64,000 nucleotides of DNA from an uncultured Solirubrobacterales bacterium (GCA_963773395.1 CAVZAY010000001.1:6491-70490); one strand, 5' to 3'; shown: positions 9,115-19,950, counted from the first letter of the stretch. Notes: generated by a model from the sequence alone, not told the origin. Numbers and translations are program-made.

Positions 9115-10206
9115 GTGAGCGCGCGGTCGGTACGTCGGGACGGCCCGTTCCTTCTCGCAGCAGTCGTTCTGCTGGCTGCCGTCTGGCTCGACGGTGCTCG
9201 TGCGGCCGGACCATTACCGCCGCTCACCGGACCGCCGCTCGCGGGGGCCACGCACCTGCGGCTGATCGTGGGTGACACGCCGCCGGTGATCTTCAACGTT
9301 GATACGGGGCGGATCGCGACTGTACCGGGCGTCGTACCTGCACCTGCGCAAGCTGGAGGGCCGCGGGTCGCCGCCGTGGTCCCGGCGCGAGGCGGAGCAT
9401 TCCTCACCGTTTGGGACGGACGGGCATATACCGGCTTCTTCGTCAGCGCCCAGGGAGGTGTAGATCGCCTCGCCAGCGCCAAGGACATGCTCCCAGCTCG
9501 CAACGCAGCCGCCGTCTGGACGCTCACCGGCGCTGCTCGGGGTCGCTGCGGGCTGCGCCTGGTACCGAGCGAGCGTGCGGCGGTGGATGTCCCGTGCGGC
9601 AACCTCCTGCTCGACAGCCCGCTCGGCGTCGCCATCGGCGAGGGCGGCAACGTCGTGGTCGTGGCTCCCTCGACCGGCCGTGTCGTCCGGCGCATTCGAG
9701 CAAGTGGGCAGCTGGCAGCGATCAATACAAGCGGCGGGAGCTTCCTGCTAAGCGTCAGTGGCAATAGCCAATCCGCGCCCGGGAAGCTGACGCTGATCAA
9801 TCTGGCAACCGGCGCGCAACGCCGTCTGCTCTGGCCGAGCGCCCTCCCATGGGTCCAGCGGGTCACCGCTGAGCCGCACGGTCCGCTCGTTGCGGTCGGG
9901 TTCGTGTCACCCGCCTATCCCGGCCCGCAGCAGGCGAACGACGTCTGGCTGCTGGACCCCGCGACCGGGACTTTCACGCACCTGCCCGGCTTCCCGGCGC
10001 AGGAAAGCGTCAAGTTCTCGAACATGGCCTGGACCAGCACCGACCGGCTCGTCGTGATCGCCCAAAGCATCGCCGGCATCGCGCAGGACGCGACGCGCAC
10101 CGTGCTGGCCATCTGGCAACCAGGCCAAACGACGCTCCCGCTCCGTCGCATCCAAACGTTCACGAACCCCGGCGGCTTCAGCCAGTTCGCTGCCATCGCA
10201 GACTGA
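9115..10206 (+). CDS. secreted protein, probable beta-propeller fold
   Basis: ORF 9028..10206. GTG 9115 gives a typical signal peptide (VSARSVRRDGPFLLAAVVLLAAVWLDGARA|AG). The rest is beta-rich with repeated G-x-hydrophobic strands. No family recognised. Confidence 0.65.
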   Translation: MSARSVRRDGPFLLAAVVLLAAVWLDGARAAGPLPPLTGPPLAGATHLRLIVGDTPPVIFNVDTGRIATVPGVVPAPAQAGGPRVAAVVPARGGAFLTVWDGRAYTGFFVSAQGGVDRLASAKDMLPARNAAAVWTLTGAARGRCGLRLVPSERAAVDVPCGNLLLDSPLGVAIGEGGNVVVVAPSTGRVVRRIRASGQLAAINTSGGSFLLSVSGNSQSAPGKLTLINLATGAQRRLLWPSALPWVQRVTAEPHGPLVAVGFVSPAYPGPQQANDVWLLDPATGTFTHLPGFPAQESVKFSNMAWTSTDRLVVIAQSIAGIAQDATRTVLAIWQPGQTTLPLRRIQTFTNPGGFSQFAAIAD

Positions 10207-10275
10207 GACACCCACTCCGCCCCGCAGCGGCAGGTCGCGGCCGCCCATTCCCGTGCGAGCCGGGGTTGGCGCCCG

Positions 10276-10887
10276 GTGTGTGCGAGCCTGTCACAGAAGC
10301 TCGGGTCGTGCGAAGGATTGGGTGTGGCGAACGGCGCGGTTGATGATGGGCGGTTGCTCGTGGCGGCCGCGCGTGGTGAGCAGGCGGCGTTCGAGGCGTT
10401 CTATCGGCGCTGGTTGCCGCAGGTCGTCGGGTTTCACTTGCGGCGCGTTGGGGTCCGTGAGGTCGCGTTTGACCTGACGGCGGAGACCTTTGCCGCCGTC
10501 GTCTCGGGGTGTGGCGGTTTCGATCCCGAGCGGGGTCCGGCCGCCGGTTGGCTGTTTGCGATCGCCGAGCACAAGCTGGCCGACAGCCTGCGCCGCTCCC
10601 GTGTCGAGTCATCGGCGCGGACGCGGCTCGGTCTCGAGCGCGTCATCCTCGAGGACGCTGATCTCGCGCGCGTTGACGATCTCGCGTCGCTGGCCGATCG
10701 CGAGCGGTTGATGGTGCTGCTGGGCGAACTGCCAGCTGAGCAGCAGGCTGCGATCAGCGCGCGTGTTCTCGACGAGCGCCCGTACGAGGCGATCGCGTGC
10801 GAGCTGTCCTGCTCTGAGGCTGTCGTGCGCCAGCGCGTGCACCGCGGCCTGCGCCGCCTGCGAGAGCGATTGGAGGAAACGGCATGA
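10276..10887 (+). CDS. ECF-type RNA polymerase sigma-70 factor
   Basis: ORF 10276..10887: region 2 (LVAAARGEQAAFEAFYRRWLPQVVGFHLRR...AFDLTAETF) and region 4 (LPAEQQAAISARVLDERPYEAIACELSCSEAVVRQRVHRGLRRLRERL). The true start may be GTG 10324. Confidence 0.85.
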   Translation: MCASLSQKLGSCEGLGVANGAVDDGRLLVAAARGEQAAFEAFYRRWLPQVVGFHLRRVGVREVAFDLTAETFAAVVSGCGGFDPERGPAAGWLFAIAEHKLADSLRRSRVESSARTRLGLERVILEDADLARVDDLASLADRERLMVLLGELPAEQQAAISARVLDERPYEAIACELSCSEAVVRQRVHRGLRRLRERLEETA

Positions 10888-11915
10888 GCGGATTTGACCA
10901 GCTCGAACAGCAACTACTTGAGGCGATCGGTCGCGCTGCGAACACGGTAGAGCGCGACGAGCGGGTGCGGTTCGCTCGCTGGCGCTCGCGTCGTGCGCTC
11001 GTGTTCGTGCTCGCACCGCTCGTTCTCGCCGCAGCTGCCGCTGCGACGGTGATCGTGATCCGGCCGGGCGAGAGCGCCGCACAGAAGCTATTCGGCCGCG
11101 TCCTTGACGCGACAGAGCACACGCCGGCCTGCCAGATCGTTGCGTTTCAGCACGCCGTGCTCAGCGATGCGGCGCCCGCTCGCGGGATCACGGCGACGAT
11201 CCCGCAACTCGCCACGGTGCCGCACTCGCCTCCACCCGCCGCCGCGCTGCGCCTCGCCGAAGCGCAGGGCGGCACGATCCTCGTGCACACGATCCGGGAG
11301 ATCAGCTTCCCCGGCAGCATCCGGGTCGTCATGTTCGTCAACCGGGGCCGCTACCCGGTCGAAGCGATCAACCCCAGACAGTGCGAGAACGCGCGACTCG
11401 CGGCACTCACAAGACTGCGACCCAAGCCGTCAGCGACGCTCCGCGCGAGGGTCGCTCACACGATCGAGACCGACCTCAGCACACGGCCCGGCGTCCAGAC
11501 CCTCGCACTCGAAACGATCCCGAGCGGACAGCGCGGTGCGCCGCGATACGCGAGCGGCGCCGGCACGGGCATCCCTGTGGCCCCCGGCACGAGGCTCCCC
11601 ACCGGCATCGTCAGCCAGGCCAGCGCCTGCGATCACGATGGACCAGACCACACGCCGCGCTGCACACCGACGATCTACATGGGCATCGCCGTTACTGGTG
11701 CCACACGCGTAGCGATCCGGCCAGCCCGCCACGGCGAGCCAGACACGCCAAACCGACTAGCCCTCGTCCGCGACGGCGTATTCGCATTCACGCTCCCCAA
11801 GCGAGCCGGCCAGATCATCGTCACCCAACAGACAGCAGCCGGCACAACGCTCAGCCGCGAGCTCACCCCCGGCGTCACGCCCGCACACTCACCCGCCACC
11901 GGGGCCACGAACTAG
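10884..11915 (+). CDS. putative membrane-anchored anti-sigma factor / sigma-factor partner
   Basis: ORF 10884..11915. Its ATG overlaps the sigma-factor stop (ATGA). Short cytoplasmic N-terminus, one TM helix (ALVFVLAPLVLAAAAAATVIVI), ~280-aa extracytoplasmic domain. Confidence 0.6.
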   Translation: MSGFDQLEQQLLEAIGRAANTVERDERVRFARWRSRRALVFVLAPLVLAAAAAATVIVIRPGESAAQKLFGRVLDATEHTPACQIVAFQHAVLSDAAPARGITATIPQLATVPHSPPPAAALRLAEAQGGTILVHTIREISFPGSIRVVMFVNRGRYPVEAINPRQCENARLAALTRLRPKPSATLRARVAHTIETDLSTRPGVQTLALETIPSGQRGAPRYASGAGTGIPVAPGTRLPTGIVSQASACDHDGPDHTPRCTPTIYMGIAVTGATRVAIRPARHGEPDTPNRLALVRDGVFAFTLPKRAGQIIVTQQTAAGTTLSRELTPGVTPAHSPATGATN

Positions 11916-12020
11916 CAGGCCCATGACGCCGCGAGAGTTGCATTGCCAGCCGAGACGCACACCGGACGGTTGGTCTCCGTCTGCGATCTAGCAACAAGGC
12001 TTGGCATACGATGGGCGCAG

Positions 12021-12788
12021 ATGAGCGACGGCCTCGCCGAGCGTCGGGCGGTTCTTGTTACGGGCGCGTCGCGGGGGATCGGGGCTGCGATCGCACGAGC
12101 ATTCGCGGTCGCGGGCGATCGCGTTGCGGTCCATTACGGGCGCAGCGCGGCTGCGGCCGAGGAGGTCGCGGCCAGCCTGCTCGGCGACGGCCATATCGTC
12201 GTCGGCGCCGACCTCGCCGATCCGGACGCGGTCAGACGCATGGTTGACAGAACGGCGAGCGAGCTTGGCGGCCTCGGCGTGCTGGTGAACAACGCCGGCG
12301 TGTTCGAGCCGCACCCGATCGCCGAGACCGACTATGAGCAGTGGCAGCGCGTGTGGCGTCTGACACTGAACGTGAATCTTCTCGGCGCAGCAAACGCATC
12401 GTGGTGCGCTGCCCAACACATGATTCGCGCCGGCGGTGGGAGCATCGTCAACGTCTCGTCGCGCGGCGCGTTTCGCGGCGAACCCAAGCAACCCGCGTAC
12501 GGTGCAAGCAAAGCGGGCCTGATCGCGCTCGGGCAGTCGCTCGCCCGAGCGCTGGCGCCGCACGGCATCTCGGTGACATCGGTCGCCCCCGCACTCGTCG
12601 ACACCGACATGGCCGCCGAGAACCTCGCCGGCGAGCACGGCGCCAAACGGCGCTCTGAAAGCCCGTTCGGACGCCTCGCCACCGTCGAGGAGGTCGCCGC
12701 AGCCGTCGTCTTCCTAGCCTCGCCGGACGCCATCATGACAAGCGGGACGGTCCTCGACATCAACGGCGCGTCCTACCTGCGGATGTAG
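12021..12788 (+). CDS. SDR-family oxidoreductase (FabG-like)
   Basis: ORF 11943..12788, ATG 12021: VLVTGASRGIGAAIA (TGxxxGxG), NNAG, and the S...YGASKAG catalytic motif. Confidence 0.85.
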   Translation: MSDGLAERRAVLVTGASRGIGAAIARAFAVAGDRVAVHYGRSAAAAEEVAASLLGDGHIVVGADLADPDAVRRMVDRTASELGGLGVLVNNAGVFEPHPIAETDYEQWQRVWRLTLNVNLLGAANASWCAAQHMIRAGGGSIVNVSSRGAFRGEPKQPAYGASKAGLIALGQSLARALAPHGISVTSVAPALVDTDMAAENLAGEHGAKRRSESPFGRLATVEEVAAAVVFLASPDAIMTSGTVLDINGASYLRM

Positions 12789-12889
12789 ACGCAACGGTGC
12801 TCGCCGGGGCGCGCGAGGACTCCGGTCAGCTGGCGGCAACGAGGCGTTCGCGCAAAGGCGGCGCGATTTCGCGAAGCGAAACCGGCCGC

Positions 12890-14412
12890 CTACTCCCACT
12901 CGATCGTGCCCGGCGGCTTGCTCGTGATGTCGAGAACAACACGGTTGACATCGTGCAGCTCGCCCATCATGCGCGAGGCGATCTGCTCGAGCAGGTCGTA
13001 CGGGAGGCGGGCCCAGTCGGCGGTCATCGCGTCGTCGGAGGTGACGGCGCGGATCACGATCACGTTGCCGTAGGTGCGCTCGTCGCCCTGCACGCCGACC
13101 GAGCGGATGTCGGGCAGGACGCAGAAAGACTGCCAAAGCTCGCGGTAGAGACCCGCCTTGCGGATCTCGTCCTGGAGGATGTGATCGGCGTCGCGCAACA
13201 GATCGAGGCGCTCCTTGGTCGCCTCGCCGCCGACGATCCGGATCGCGAGGCCGGGACCCGGGAAAGGCTGGCGCCAGACCAGTCGCTCGGGCAGGCCGAG
13301 CTCGGCGCCGACTGCCCGCACCTCGTCCTTGAACAGCGTTCGCAGCGGCTCGACGAGCTCGAAAGCAAGATCGTCGGGTAGGCCGCCGACGTTGTGGTGG
13401 GACTTGATCGTCGCCGCGCCCGCGCGCCCGCCGGACTCGATGACGTCGGAGTAGAGCGTGCCCTGAACGAGATAGCGCGCGTCCGAGAGCTTCGACGCCT
13501 CCTCCTCGAAGACGCGGATGAACTCGGCGCCGATCAGCTTGCGCTTGGTCTCCGGGTCGGTCACGCCGCGCAGGCGTTCGAGGAAGCGCTGCTCGGCGTC
13601 GACGGCAACGAGGGGGACCTTGAACGTGTCGCGGAAGGCCGCGATCACCTGCTCCCCCTCCCCCTTGCGCATCAGACCGTGGTCGACGAAGACGCAGGTC
13701 AGCTGGTCGCCGACGGCGCGATGCACGAGCAGGGCTGCGACCGAGGAGTCGACGCCCCCCGAGAGGCCGCAGATCACTTGCCCGCTTCCGACCTGCGCGC
13801 GAATCCGCGCGATCTGCTCATCGATGATCGACGCCGGCGTCCAGTTGCGCTCGCAGCCGCAGATGTCCTCGAGGAAGCGCGTGAGGATCTGCTGGCCATA
13901 GGGGGTGTGGACGACCTCGGGATGGAACTGGATGCCGTAGATCGCGCGCGCCTCGTGCTCAAAGGCGGCGACCGGCGAGACGCCCGAGGAGGCGAGCTCG
14001 GTGAAGCCCTCGGGGCGCGCTTGACCGTGTCGCGGTGCGACATCCAGCAGGTCTGCTCGGTGGGCAAGCCGGCAAAAAGGCGACCGGGCGCGCGCAGGTG
14101 CAGCTCGGCGCGGCCGAACTCGCCGACCTCGGCGCGCTCGACGAGGCCGCCGAGCGAGTGCGCGAGAAGCTGCATGCCGTAGCAGATGCCGAGCACGGGG
14201 ATGCCGAGCTCGAGCAGGCCGAGATCGAGTGCGGGCGCACCGGGTGCGTAGACCGACGCCGGCCCGCCTGACAGGATCAGGCCCGCCGGCGCGCGTCGCA
14301 CGATCTCCGCGACGCCGACATCGGCGGGCAACAGCTCCGAGAAGACGCCGCACTCGCGGACGCGGCGCGCGATCAGCTGCGAGTACTGGCCGCCGAAGTC
14401 AACGACCAGCAC
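12890..14412 (-). pseudogene. guaA: GMP synthase (glutamine-hydrolysing), one frame break
   Basis: The GATase half ([24 protein letters not shown]...GICYGMQLL...CWMSHRDTV) is in the frame of ORF 13774..14796. The synthetase half ([10 protein letters not shown]...[12 protein letters not shown]...PPGTIEWE) is in the frame of ORF 12890..14353. The junction KRAP/EGFTE needs one more G:C in the GGGG run 14012..14015. GTG start 14412. Confidence 0.9.
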
Positions 14413-14477
14413 CTCATGATGACCCCCCCGCCGTGGCGAGGCGCTTGCCGGCGTCTGCGCGTCGGCGAGCGCCTGGG

Positions 14478-15689
14478 TCAACCGCGCGCCTCGACCGTCT
14501 CGGGCAGCGGCGGTGCGGCGGCGCGTCCGAGCGAGGCCATGCCGACCCCCTGCTCGCGCTGCAGCTGCTTGCCCTCGGTCTGGAGAGCCGGCGCGACCAT
14601 CAGCTCGGCGCGCTGGAACTCGGCGATGTCCTCGTAGCCGCAGGTGGCCATCGAGGTGCGCAGCGCACCGAAGAGGTTGAGCGTGCCGTCGTTCTCGTTC
14701 GCCGGGCCGGTCAGGATCTCCTCGAGCGTCGCGTTCTGGGTCGTGCGGACGCGCGCGCCGCGCGGCAGCGTCGGGTGGAAGGTCGCCATGCCCCAATGGA
14801 AGCCGCGCCCCGGGGCCTCGTACGCTCGGGCGAGCGGGCTGCCGATCATCACGGCGTCCGCACCGCAGGCGATCGCCTTCGCGACGTCGCCGCCGTTACG
14901 CATGCCGCCGTCGGCGATCACCCTGACGAGCTCGCCCGTCTCGAGCATGTGCGTGGAGCGCGCGTCGGCGACATCCGCGATCGCGGTCGCCTGCGGCACG
15001 CCGATTCCGAGCACGCCACGCGTCGTGCAGGCGGCGCCCGGGCCGACGCCGACGAGCACCGCGTCCGCGCCCGTGCGCATCAGGTGCAGACCCGTGTGGT
15101 AGGAGGCGCAGCCACCGACGACGACCGGGATGTCGAGCGTCGGGATGAACTCCTTGAGGTTCAGCGGTGTCGTCGTCTTGGAGACGTGCTCGCCCGACAC
15201 GACCGTTCCCTGGATCACGAGGATGTCGAGACCCGCATCGAGCGCCGTCTCGTAGTAGCGCAGCACGCGCTGCGGTGTGAGCGACGCAGCGCAGACGACG
15301 CCTTCGGCCTTGATCTCGCGGATCCGCTCGGCGATCAGCTCCTCCTTGACGGGCTCGGCGTAGATCTGCTGCATCTTGCGCGTCGCGATCTCCTTGGGCA
15401 GCGAGGCGATCTCCTCGAGCTGCTCGTCCGCATCCTCGTAACGCGTGAAGATTCCCTCCAGGTTGAGCACCGCGAGGCCGCCGAGCTTGCCGAGGATTCC
15501 GGCGGTCTTGGGCGACACCACGCCGTCCATTGCGCTCGCGAGCAGCGGCAGCTCAAAGCGATAGTCGCCGAGCTTCCAAGTGATGTCGACATCGTCGGGA
15601 TCGCGCGTGCGCCGCGACGGCACGATCGCGATGTCATCGAACCCGTAAGCGCGCCGCGCCTTCTTACCGCGACCGATCTCTACTTCCAT
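14478..15689 (-). CDS. guaB3: GuaB3-family IMP dehydrogenase-related protein
   Basis: ORF 14478..15689, 403 aa: [34 protein letters not shown]...[25 protein letters not shown]...[26 protein letters not shown]. No CBS pair. Confidence 0.85.
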   Translation of the reverse strand: MEVEIGRGKKARRAYGFDDIAIVPSRRTRDPDDVDITWKLGDYRFELPLLASAMDGVVSPKTAGILGKLGGLAVLNLEGIFTRYEDADEQLEEIASLPKEIATRKMQQIYAEPVKEELIAERIREIKAEGVVCAASLTPQRVLRYYETALDAGLDILVIQGTVVSGEHVSKTTTPLNLKEFIPTLDIPVVVGGCASYHTGLHLMRTGADAVLVGVGPGAACTTRGVLGIGVPQATAIADVADARSTHMLETGELVRVIADGGMRNGGDVAKAIACGADAVMIGSPLARAYEAPGRGFHWGMATFHPTLPRGARVRTTQNATLEEILTGPANENDGTLNLFGALRTSMATCGYEDIAEFQRAELMVAPALQTEGKQLQREQGVGMASLGRAAAPPLPETVEARG

Positions 15690-15797
15690 TTGGCGATCCT
15701 AGGGGTCTGAACGGACGGAGGAAATGACCGAAAACGCCGCCGTCGCGGTCCATTCGGCCACGCCACGCGAGCATACCAGCGGGCGCCGTCCGGGCAG

Positions 15798-16757
15798 TCA
15801 GCCAACGCTCGCGGGCAGCGGGAGCGCGACCAGGTCGACCTCGGAGCGCAGGCGCTCGGCCGCGCGCGGGTCGAGCAGTCCGGCGCCCAGTCGCTCGGTC
15901 GACTCGGCACCGCAGGCGACCGCGAAACGCAGGCAGTCGGCGGCCGGGCTGCCGTTGTAGCGCGCCGCGAGATAGCCGGCGAGGAACGCGTCCCCGGAGC
16001 CGACCCTGGCGACCGGCTCGCGCCGCTCGATCGTCGCGCGAAAGCGCTGTGGCGCGCCGTCGACGAGGATCTGCGCCCAGCAACCGTCGGGCGAGGTCAT
16101 CAGCGCCTCGCGAGCTCCGAGCCTGACGATCTCGCGCAGCCCTTCGGCGCGCTCGTCGTCGTCGGCGAACTCCTGCCCGATCAGCTCCTCCGCTTCGTGG
16201 AGGTTTGGCGTCACCAGATCCGGCTCGGCGCGCACCGCCTGGCGCAGCGCGTCACCTTCCGTGTCGACGACGACCATCGCGCCGCGCTTGCGCAGCTCGC
16301 GGACGAGCAGCGCGTAGAAGTCGGGCTCGACCCCGCGCGGCAGCGAGCCGGCGATGACGACGATCGTCGCGCCGCGCGCGAGGTAGAGGAGCTTCTCACG
16401 AAACAGCGCGAGCTCCTCAGCGTCGACCGCCGGGCCCTGCTCGTTGATCTCCGTCTCCTCGCCGGTCGTCGGGTCGAGCACGGCGGTGTTGGTGCGCGAC
16501 TCCTCGCGGATCGGTACGAAGTCGGTGACGACATGCTCGCGCGTGAGCTGCTCGACGATCTGCGTGCCGGTCGGCCCACCCGCGAAGCCGGTCGCGATCA
16601 CGGGGATGTCGAGCGTCCTGAGCAGGCGCGCCACGTTCACTCCCTTGCCCCCGGCGAGCGAGCGCCGCTCAACGGTTCGGTGGCGGCGCCCGATCCGCAG
16701 ACTCGGAACCGAGAGCGACTTGTCGATCGCCGGGTTGAGCGTGACAGTGATGATCAC
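15798..16757 (-). CDS. pfkB: 1-phosphofructokinase-family hexose-phosphate kinase
   Basis: ORF 15798..16757: (M)IITVTLNPAIDKSL...AGGKGVNVARLL...VGSGDAFLAGYL. GTG start. Confidence 0.85.
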   Translation of the reverse strand: MIITVTLNPAIDKSLSVPSLRIGRRHRTVERRSLAGGKGVNVARLLRTLDIPVIATGFAGGPTGTQIVEQLTREHVVTDFVPIREESRTNTAVLDPTTGEETEINEQGPAVDAEELALFREKLLYLARGATIVVIAGSLPRGVEPDFYALLVRELRKRGAMVVVDTEGDALRQAVRAEPDLVTPNLHEAEELIGQEFADDDERAEGLREIVRLGAREALMTSPDGCWAQILVDGAPQRFRATIERREPVARVGSGDAFLAGYLAARYNGSPAADCLRFAVACGAESTERLGAGLLDPRAAERLRSEVDLVALPLPASVG

Positions 16758-16801
16758 CGGCGGGTCCTCACGGTCGCACGCCTTCGCATCTACTGCGCAG
16801 G

Positions 16802-17944
16802 CTACACCCCGAGCACGCCGCTCCGTAAGGAACCCGGTGCGGGGAGGGTCGGTCCGGTCGGCCCTGCCGGCGCCGGCAGCGCGTCGCGCGTGACGAGCGG
16901 AACGCGCAATGCCTCGCGCCCGGCCACGCTCACGACGAGCTCGCCTTCCTGCGTGCCGGCGGCGAGCGGGCCGTCGAGCTGCGCGGGGACGCCTGAGAGC
17001 GCCACGTCGAGCTGCACGCCGTGTCTGAGGACGAGCGCAGCAGCGCTCGCAACGACGAGCGCAACCTGCTGCGTAGCCCCGTTCGCGGGGACGGTCGCGT
17101 ACACGTGTCCGGGGATCGCAAACCGCACGCGGTGGTAGAGCGCCAGGCCGTAGCTCAGAAGCGCAACCGTGTCGGCGAACTCACTGGACTCGCTCGGCTC
17201 GCCGAGCACGACGCTCACGAGGTGGACGCCGTGCCGCGACGCGGCGCCGACGAAGCACCAGCCGGCATCCGCCGTGTGTCCTTCCTTGACGCCGACGACG
17301 AACGGATAGGCACCGAGCAGCGCGTCGCGGTTGCGCACGACGATCCCGCCCGGAAGGTAGGCCACGGGCTTGCGCACGATGCGTGCGAAGGCCCGATCGC
17401 GCAACAGTGTCTGCGCGAGCCGCGCGAGGTCGCGGGCGGTCGAGTAGTTCCCCGGCGTGTCGAGACCGACCGCCGTCGCGAAGTGCGTATCGCCGAGCCG
17501 CAGCGCCGCCGCCGCCGCATTCATCTCGGCGAGGAAGTGCGGCATGCTGCCGCCGACATCGATCGCAAGCGAGTAGGCGACGTCGTTGCCGCTCGGCAGC
17601 AGCATCGCCTCCAGCATCTGCCGGACGCTGTAGCGACGGCCCGCCACGAGCCCCGCGATCGACTCCCCGGGGCCCGCGTCGTACGGCTGCTCGACGAGGT
17701 CTCGCGTCAGCGGCTCGCGCTCGAGCGTGACGTAGGCGGTCATCATCTTCGTCACGCTCGCGATCGCGACCTCGCGATCGTCGTTCCGTGCATAGAGCGT
17801 GGCACCGGTGTCGCTCTCGACGAGCAGCGCCTCAGCGGCAGACACAGGCGGCGCCTGCACGTCCGTGCGGGCATGCGCACTCGCGCCGGCGCAGATCAGG
17901 AGCGCCACCGCCACCGCAATCGTCCGCCCGACCGCGCGCCGCAT
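16802..17944 (-). CDS. D-alanyl-D-alanine carboxypeptidase (serine peptidase S11)
   Basis: ORF 16802..17944. Signal peptide, then IASVTKMMT (SxxK), LPSGNDVA (SxN), GVKEGHT (KTG-like). Confidence 0.85.
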   Translation of the reverse strand: MRRAVGRTIAVAVALLICAGASAHARTDVQAPPVSAAEALLVESDTGATLYARNDDREVAIASVTKMMTAYVTLEREPLTRDLVEQPYDAGPGESIAGLVAGRRYSVRQMLEAMLLPSGNDVAYSLAIDVGGSMPHFLAEMNAAAAALRLGDTHFATAVGLDTPGNYSTARDLARLAQTLLRDRAFARIVRKPVAYLPGGIVVRNRDALLGAYPFVVGVKEGHTADAGWCFVGAASRHGVHLVSVVLGEPSESSEFADTVALLSYGLALYHRVRFAIPGHVYATVPANGATQQVALVVASAAALVLRHGVQLDVALSGVPAQLDGPLAAGTQEGELVVSVAGREALRVPLVTRDALPAPAGPTGPTLPAPGSLRSGVLGV

Positions 17945-17980
17945 GCGACCAGCGAGGCTACTGGAGGAGCCGGGCGTTCC

Positions 17981-18885
17981 TCACCGGAGGCCCCAGGCGA
18001 GCTCGCGCAGCCGCTCGGCCTCGGCTCGCGCCGCCGCCGCCGGCTCGCGCCCGTCGCTCGCGTACGCCTCGACGATGGCCCGGGAGGCGCTGACGAGGCC
18101 CGCGGCCCGACCGGGTGCGAAGGCCGCCGCGAGATCCTCGACGCGGCCGCCCTGCGCGCCGATCCCCGGCAACAGGAACACGGCACTCGGCATCAGCTCG
18201 CGCGCCCGCGCCAGGTGCTCGGGCACGGTCGCGCCGATCACCGCGCCGACGTCGCTGAGCCCGCAAGCGCGCGGCACGCCGAGCTCGTCGACGAGACGCG
18301 CGACGCGCTCCCAGAAGGCGCCGCCCGCCGGCGAGCTCGACGTCCTGGAGCTCGGCGGCGCCCGGGTTGGAGGTCCGTACGAGCACGAACACGCCGGCTC
18401 CGGTCGCGATCAGCGGCTCGAGCGCGTCGCGGCCGAGCAGCGGGTTCGCCGTGAACGCGTCGGCCCCGAGCCCCGCGACCGGACCGAACGGCGCGGGCGT
18501 GCTGCCCGCGAGCGCCTGCGCGTACGCCGCGGCCGTGACCGGCACATCGCCACGCTTGCCGTCGGCGATCACGAGCAGCCCCGCCGCGCGCGCCGCCGCC
18601 ACGACCTCCCGTAGCGCGGCGATCCCGGGCGCGCCGAGGCGTTCGAAGCAGGCGAGCTGCGGCTTGACAGGCAACGCACGCCGGCCCGGCGGCAGCGATC
18701 ACCGCCCGGCAGTGCGCGAGCACCGCGCGCAGCGGCGCGCGCGCCTGCCGTCGCCAGCCGGCCGCCCGCGCGACCGGCCACAGCCGCTGCGGGTCCGGGT
18801 CAAGCCCGAGCACGATCTGGGACTCGCGCTGCGCAACGCGCGCCGCCAGCTCGTCTGCAAAAGCTCTCGTCGCCACGAACCGCAA
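17981..18885 (-). pseudogene. pyrF: orotidine-5'-phosphate decarboxylase (type 2), two frame breaks
   Basis: Three frames are needed. First: MRFVATRAFADELAARVAQRESQIVLGLDPDP...AAGPAC (ORF 18238..18885). Second: [20 protein letters not shown]...[10 protein letters not shown]...[21 protein letters not shown] (ORF 17958..18674). Third: [34 protein letters not shown]...[10 protein letters not shown] (ORF 17981..18277). Breaks are near 18675 and 18323, each read as one extra base. Confidence 0.85.
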
Positions 18886-18896
18886 AGATACGCACC

Positions 18897-19037
18897 GTGC
18901 GGCTATCGCGACTGCCCTGGGCGCTCACCGTGCTGGCCTGCCTGGTCACCGCGGTCCTGCTCGAGCTGAGCCACTTCCACGGCTACGCGGCGGTGGCGAT
19001 CGCGGTCGGCTTGGCGGCCGCGACGAACCTGCTCTAG
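18897..19037 (+). CDS. possible small hydrophobic protein (46 aa)
   Basis: Own translation from GTG 18897: VRLSRLPWALTVLACLVTAVLLELSHFHGYAAVAIAVGLAAATNLL. GC3 is almost 100%. It fills the pyrF/CDF intergenic gap. No clear RBS. Confidence 0.35.
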   Translation: MRLSRLPWALTVLACLVTAVLLELSHFHGYAAVAIAVGLAAATNLL

Positions 19038-19041
19038 TTCG

Positions 19042-19950
19042 CTACTCCCCCTGGCTGTCCGGCCTCACGCGGTCGGCGGGCTCGAGGTGGACGAGCACGT
19101 CGGCGCCGTCGAGGCGGCGCGCGATCTCGTCGCTGAGCACGTGTGCCGTGCCGTGCGCCGCCTCGAGCGTCGTGCCGGCGGCGAACTGCACGTGGAGGTC
19201 GACGTAGCGACGCGAGCCCGGCGGCGCGGCTGCGCAGCTCGTGGAAGCCGATGACCCCGCGCGCGGTCGCCGACCTCCCGGATCGCGGCACGGATCTCGG
19301 CGAGGTCCGATTCGGGCAGCGCCTCGTCGATCAGGACGCGAGAGGCGCGGCGCAGCAACCGCACGCCGGCGATCACGATTCCGGCGGCGACGATCAGCGC
19401 GACGAGCGGGTCGAGCCAGTAGGCGTGCGTCACGGCGATCAGGATGAGGCCCGACGAGGACGGCGAGCGAGGAGTACGGCGTCGGCGCTCAGGTGCATCG
19501 CATCGCCCTCGAGCGCGGGCGATCCGGTTGCGCGAGCGCGGCGAGCGATGATCCGCGAAACGATGAGGTTGACCACCGCGGAGGCGGCGACGACGGCGAT
19601 GCCGATGCCGAGCGTGTGGACGTGCGAGCCACGCACGAGCCGGGCGATCGCCTCGTAGGTGATGATCCCGGCGCCGAGCAGGATCAGCGCGCCCTCCGTG
19701 GCCGCCGCGAGGTTCTCGAGCTTGTAGTGACCGTAGCGATGCTCGGCGTCCGCGGGCTCACCGGACTTGCGCACCGAGACGTAGCGCGACGATCGACGCG
19801 AGCAGATCGATCGAGCTGTGGACGCCCTCGGTGAGGACCGCGACCGAGCCCGTGGCGACGCCCGCAACGAGCTTCGCGCGCGATCAGCGCGCTGTTCGAC
19901 GCCACTGAGAGCGCTGCGGCGCGACCCTTCACGGCCTCCTCGCTATCCAT
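19042..19950 (-). pseudogene. cation diffusion facilitator (CDF) metal efflux transporter, six frame breaks
   Basis: Repaired reading: MDSEEAVKGRAAALSVASNSALIA / KLVAGVATGSVAVLTEGVHSSIDLLASIVA / YVSVRKSGEPADAEHRYGHYKLENLAAATEG...MHLSADAV / SSLAVLVG / LILIAVTHAYWLDPLVAL...IREVGDRA / GVIGFHELRSRAAG / SRRYVDLHVQFAAGTTLEAAHGTAHVLSDEIARRL...DSQGE. Breaks are near 19875, 19784, 19474, 19449, 19259 and 19216. Confidence 0.85.

Noticed and set aside
12789-12889. Convergent-gene terminator between the SDR gene and guaA (TTCGCG...CGCGAA)
   Set aside because: A 6-bp stem with a ~20-nt loop and no U-tract. Too weak to call.
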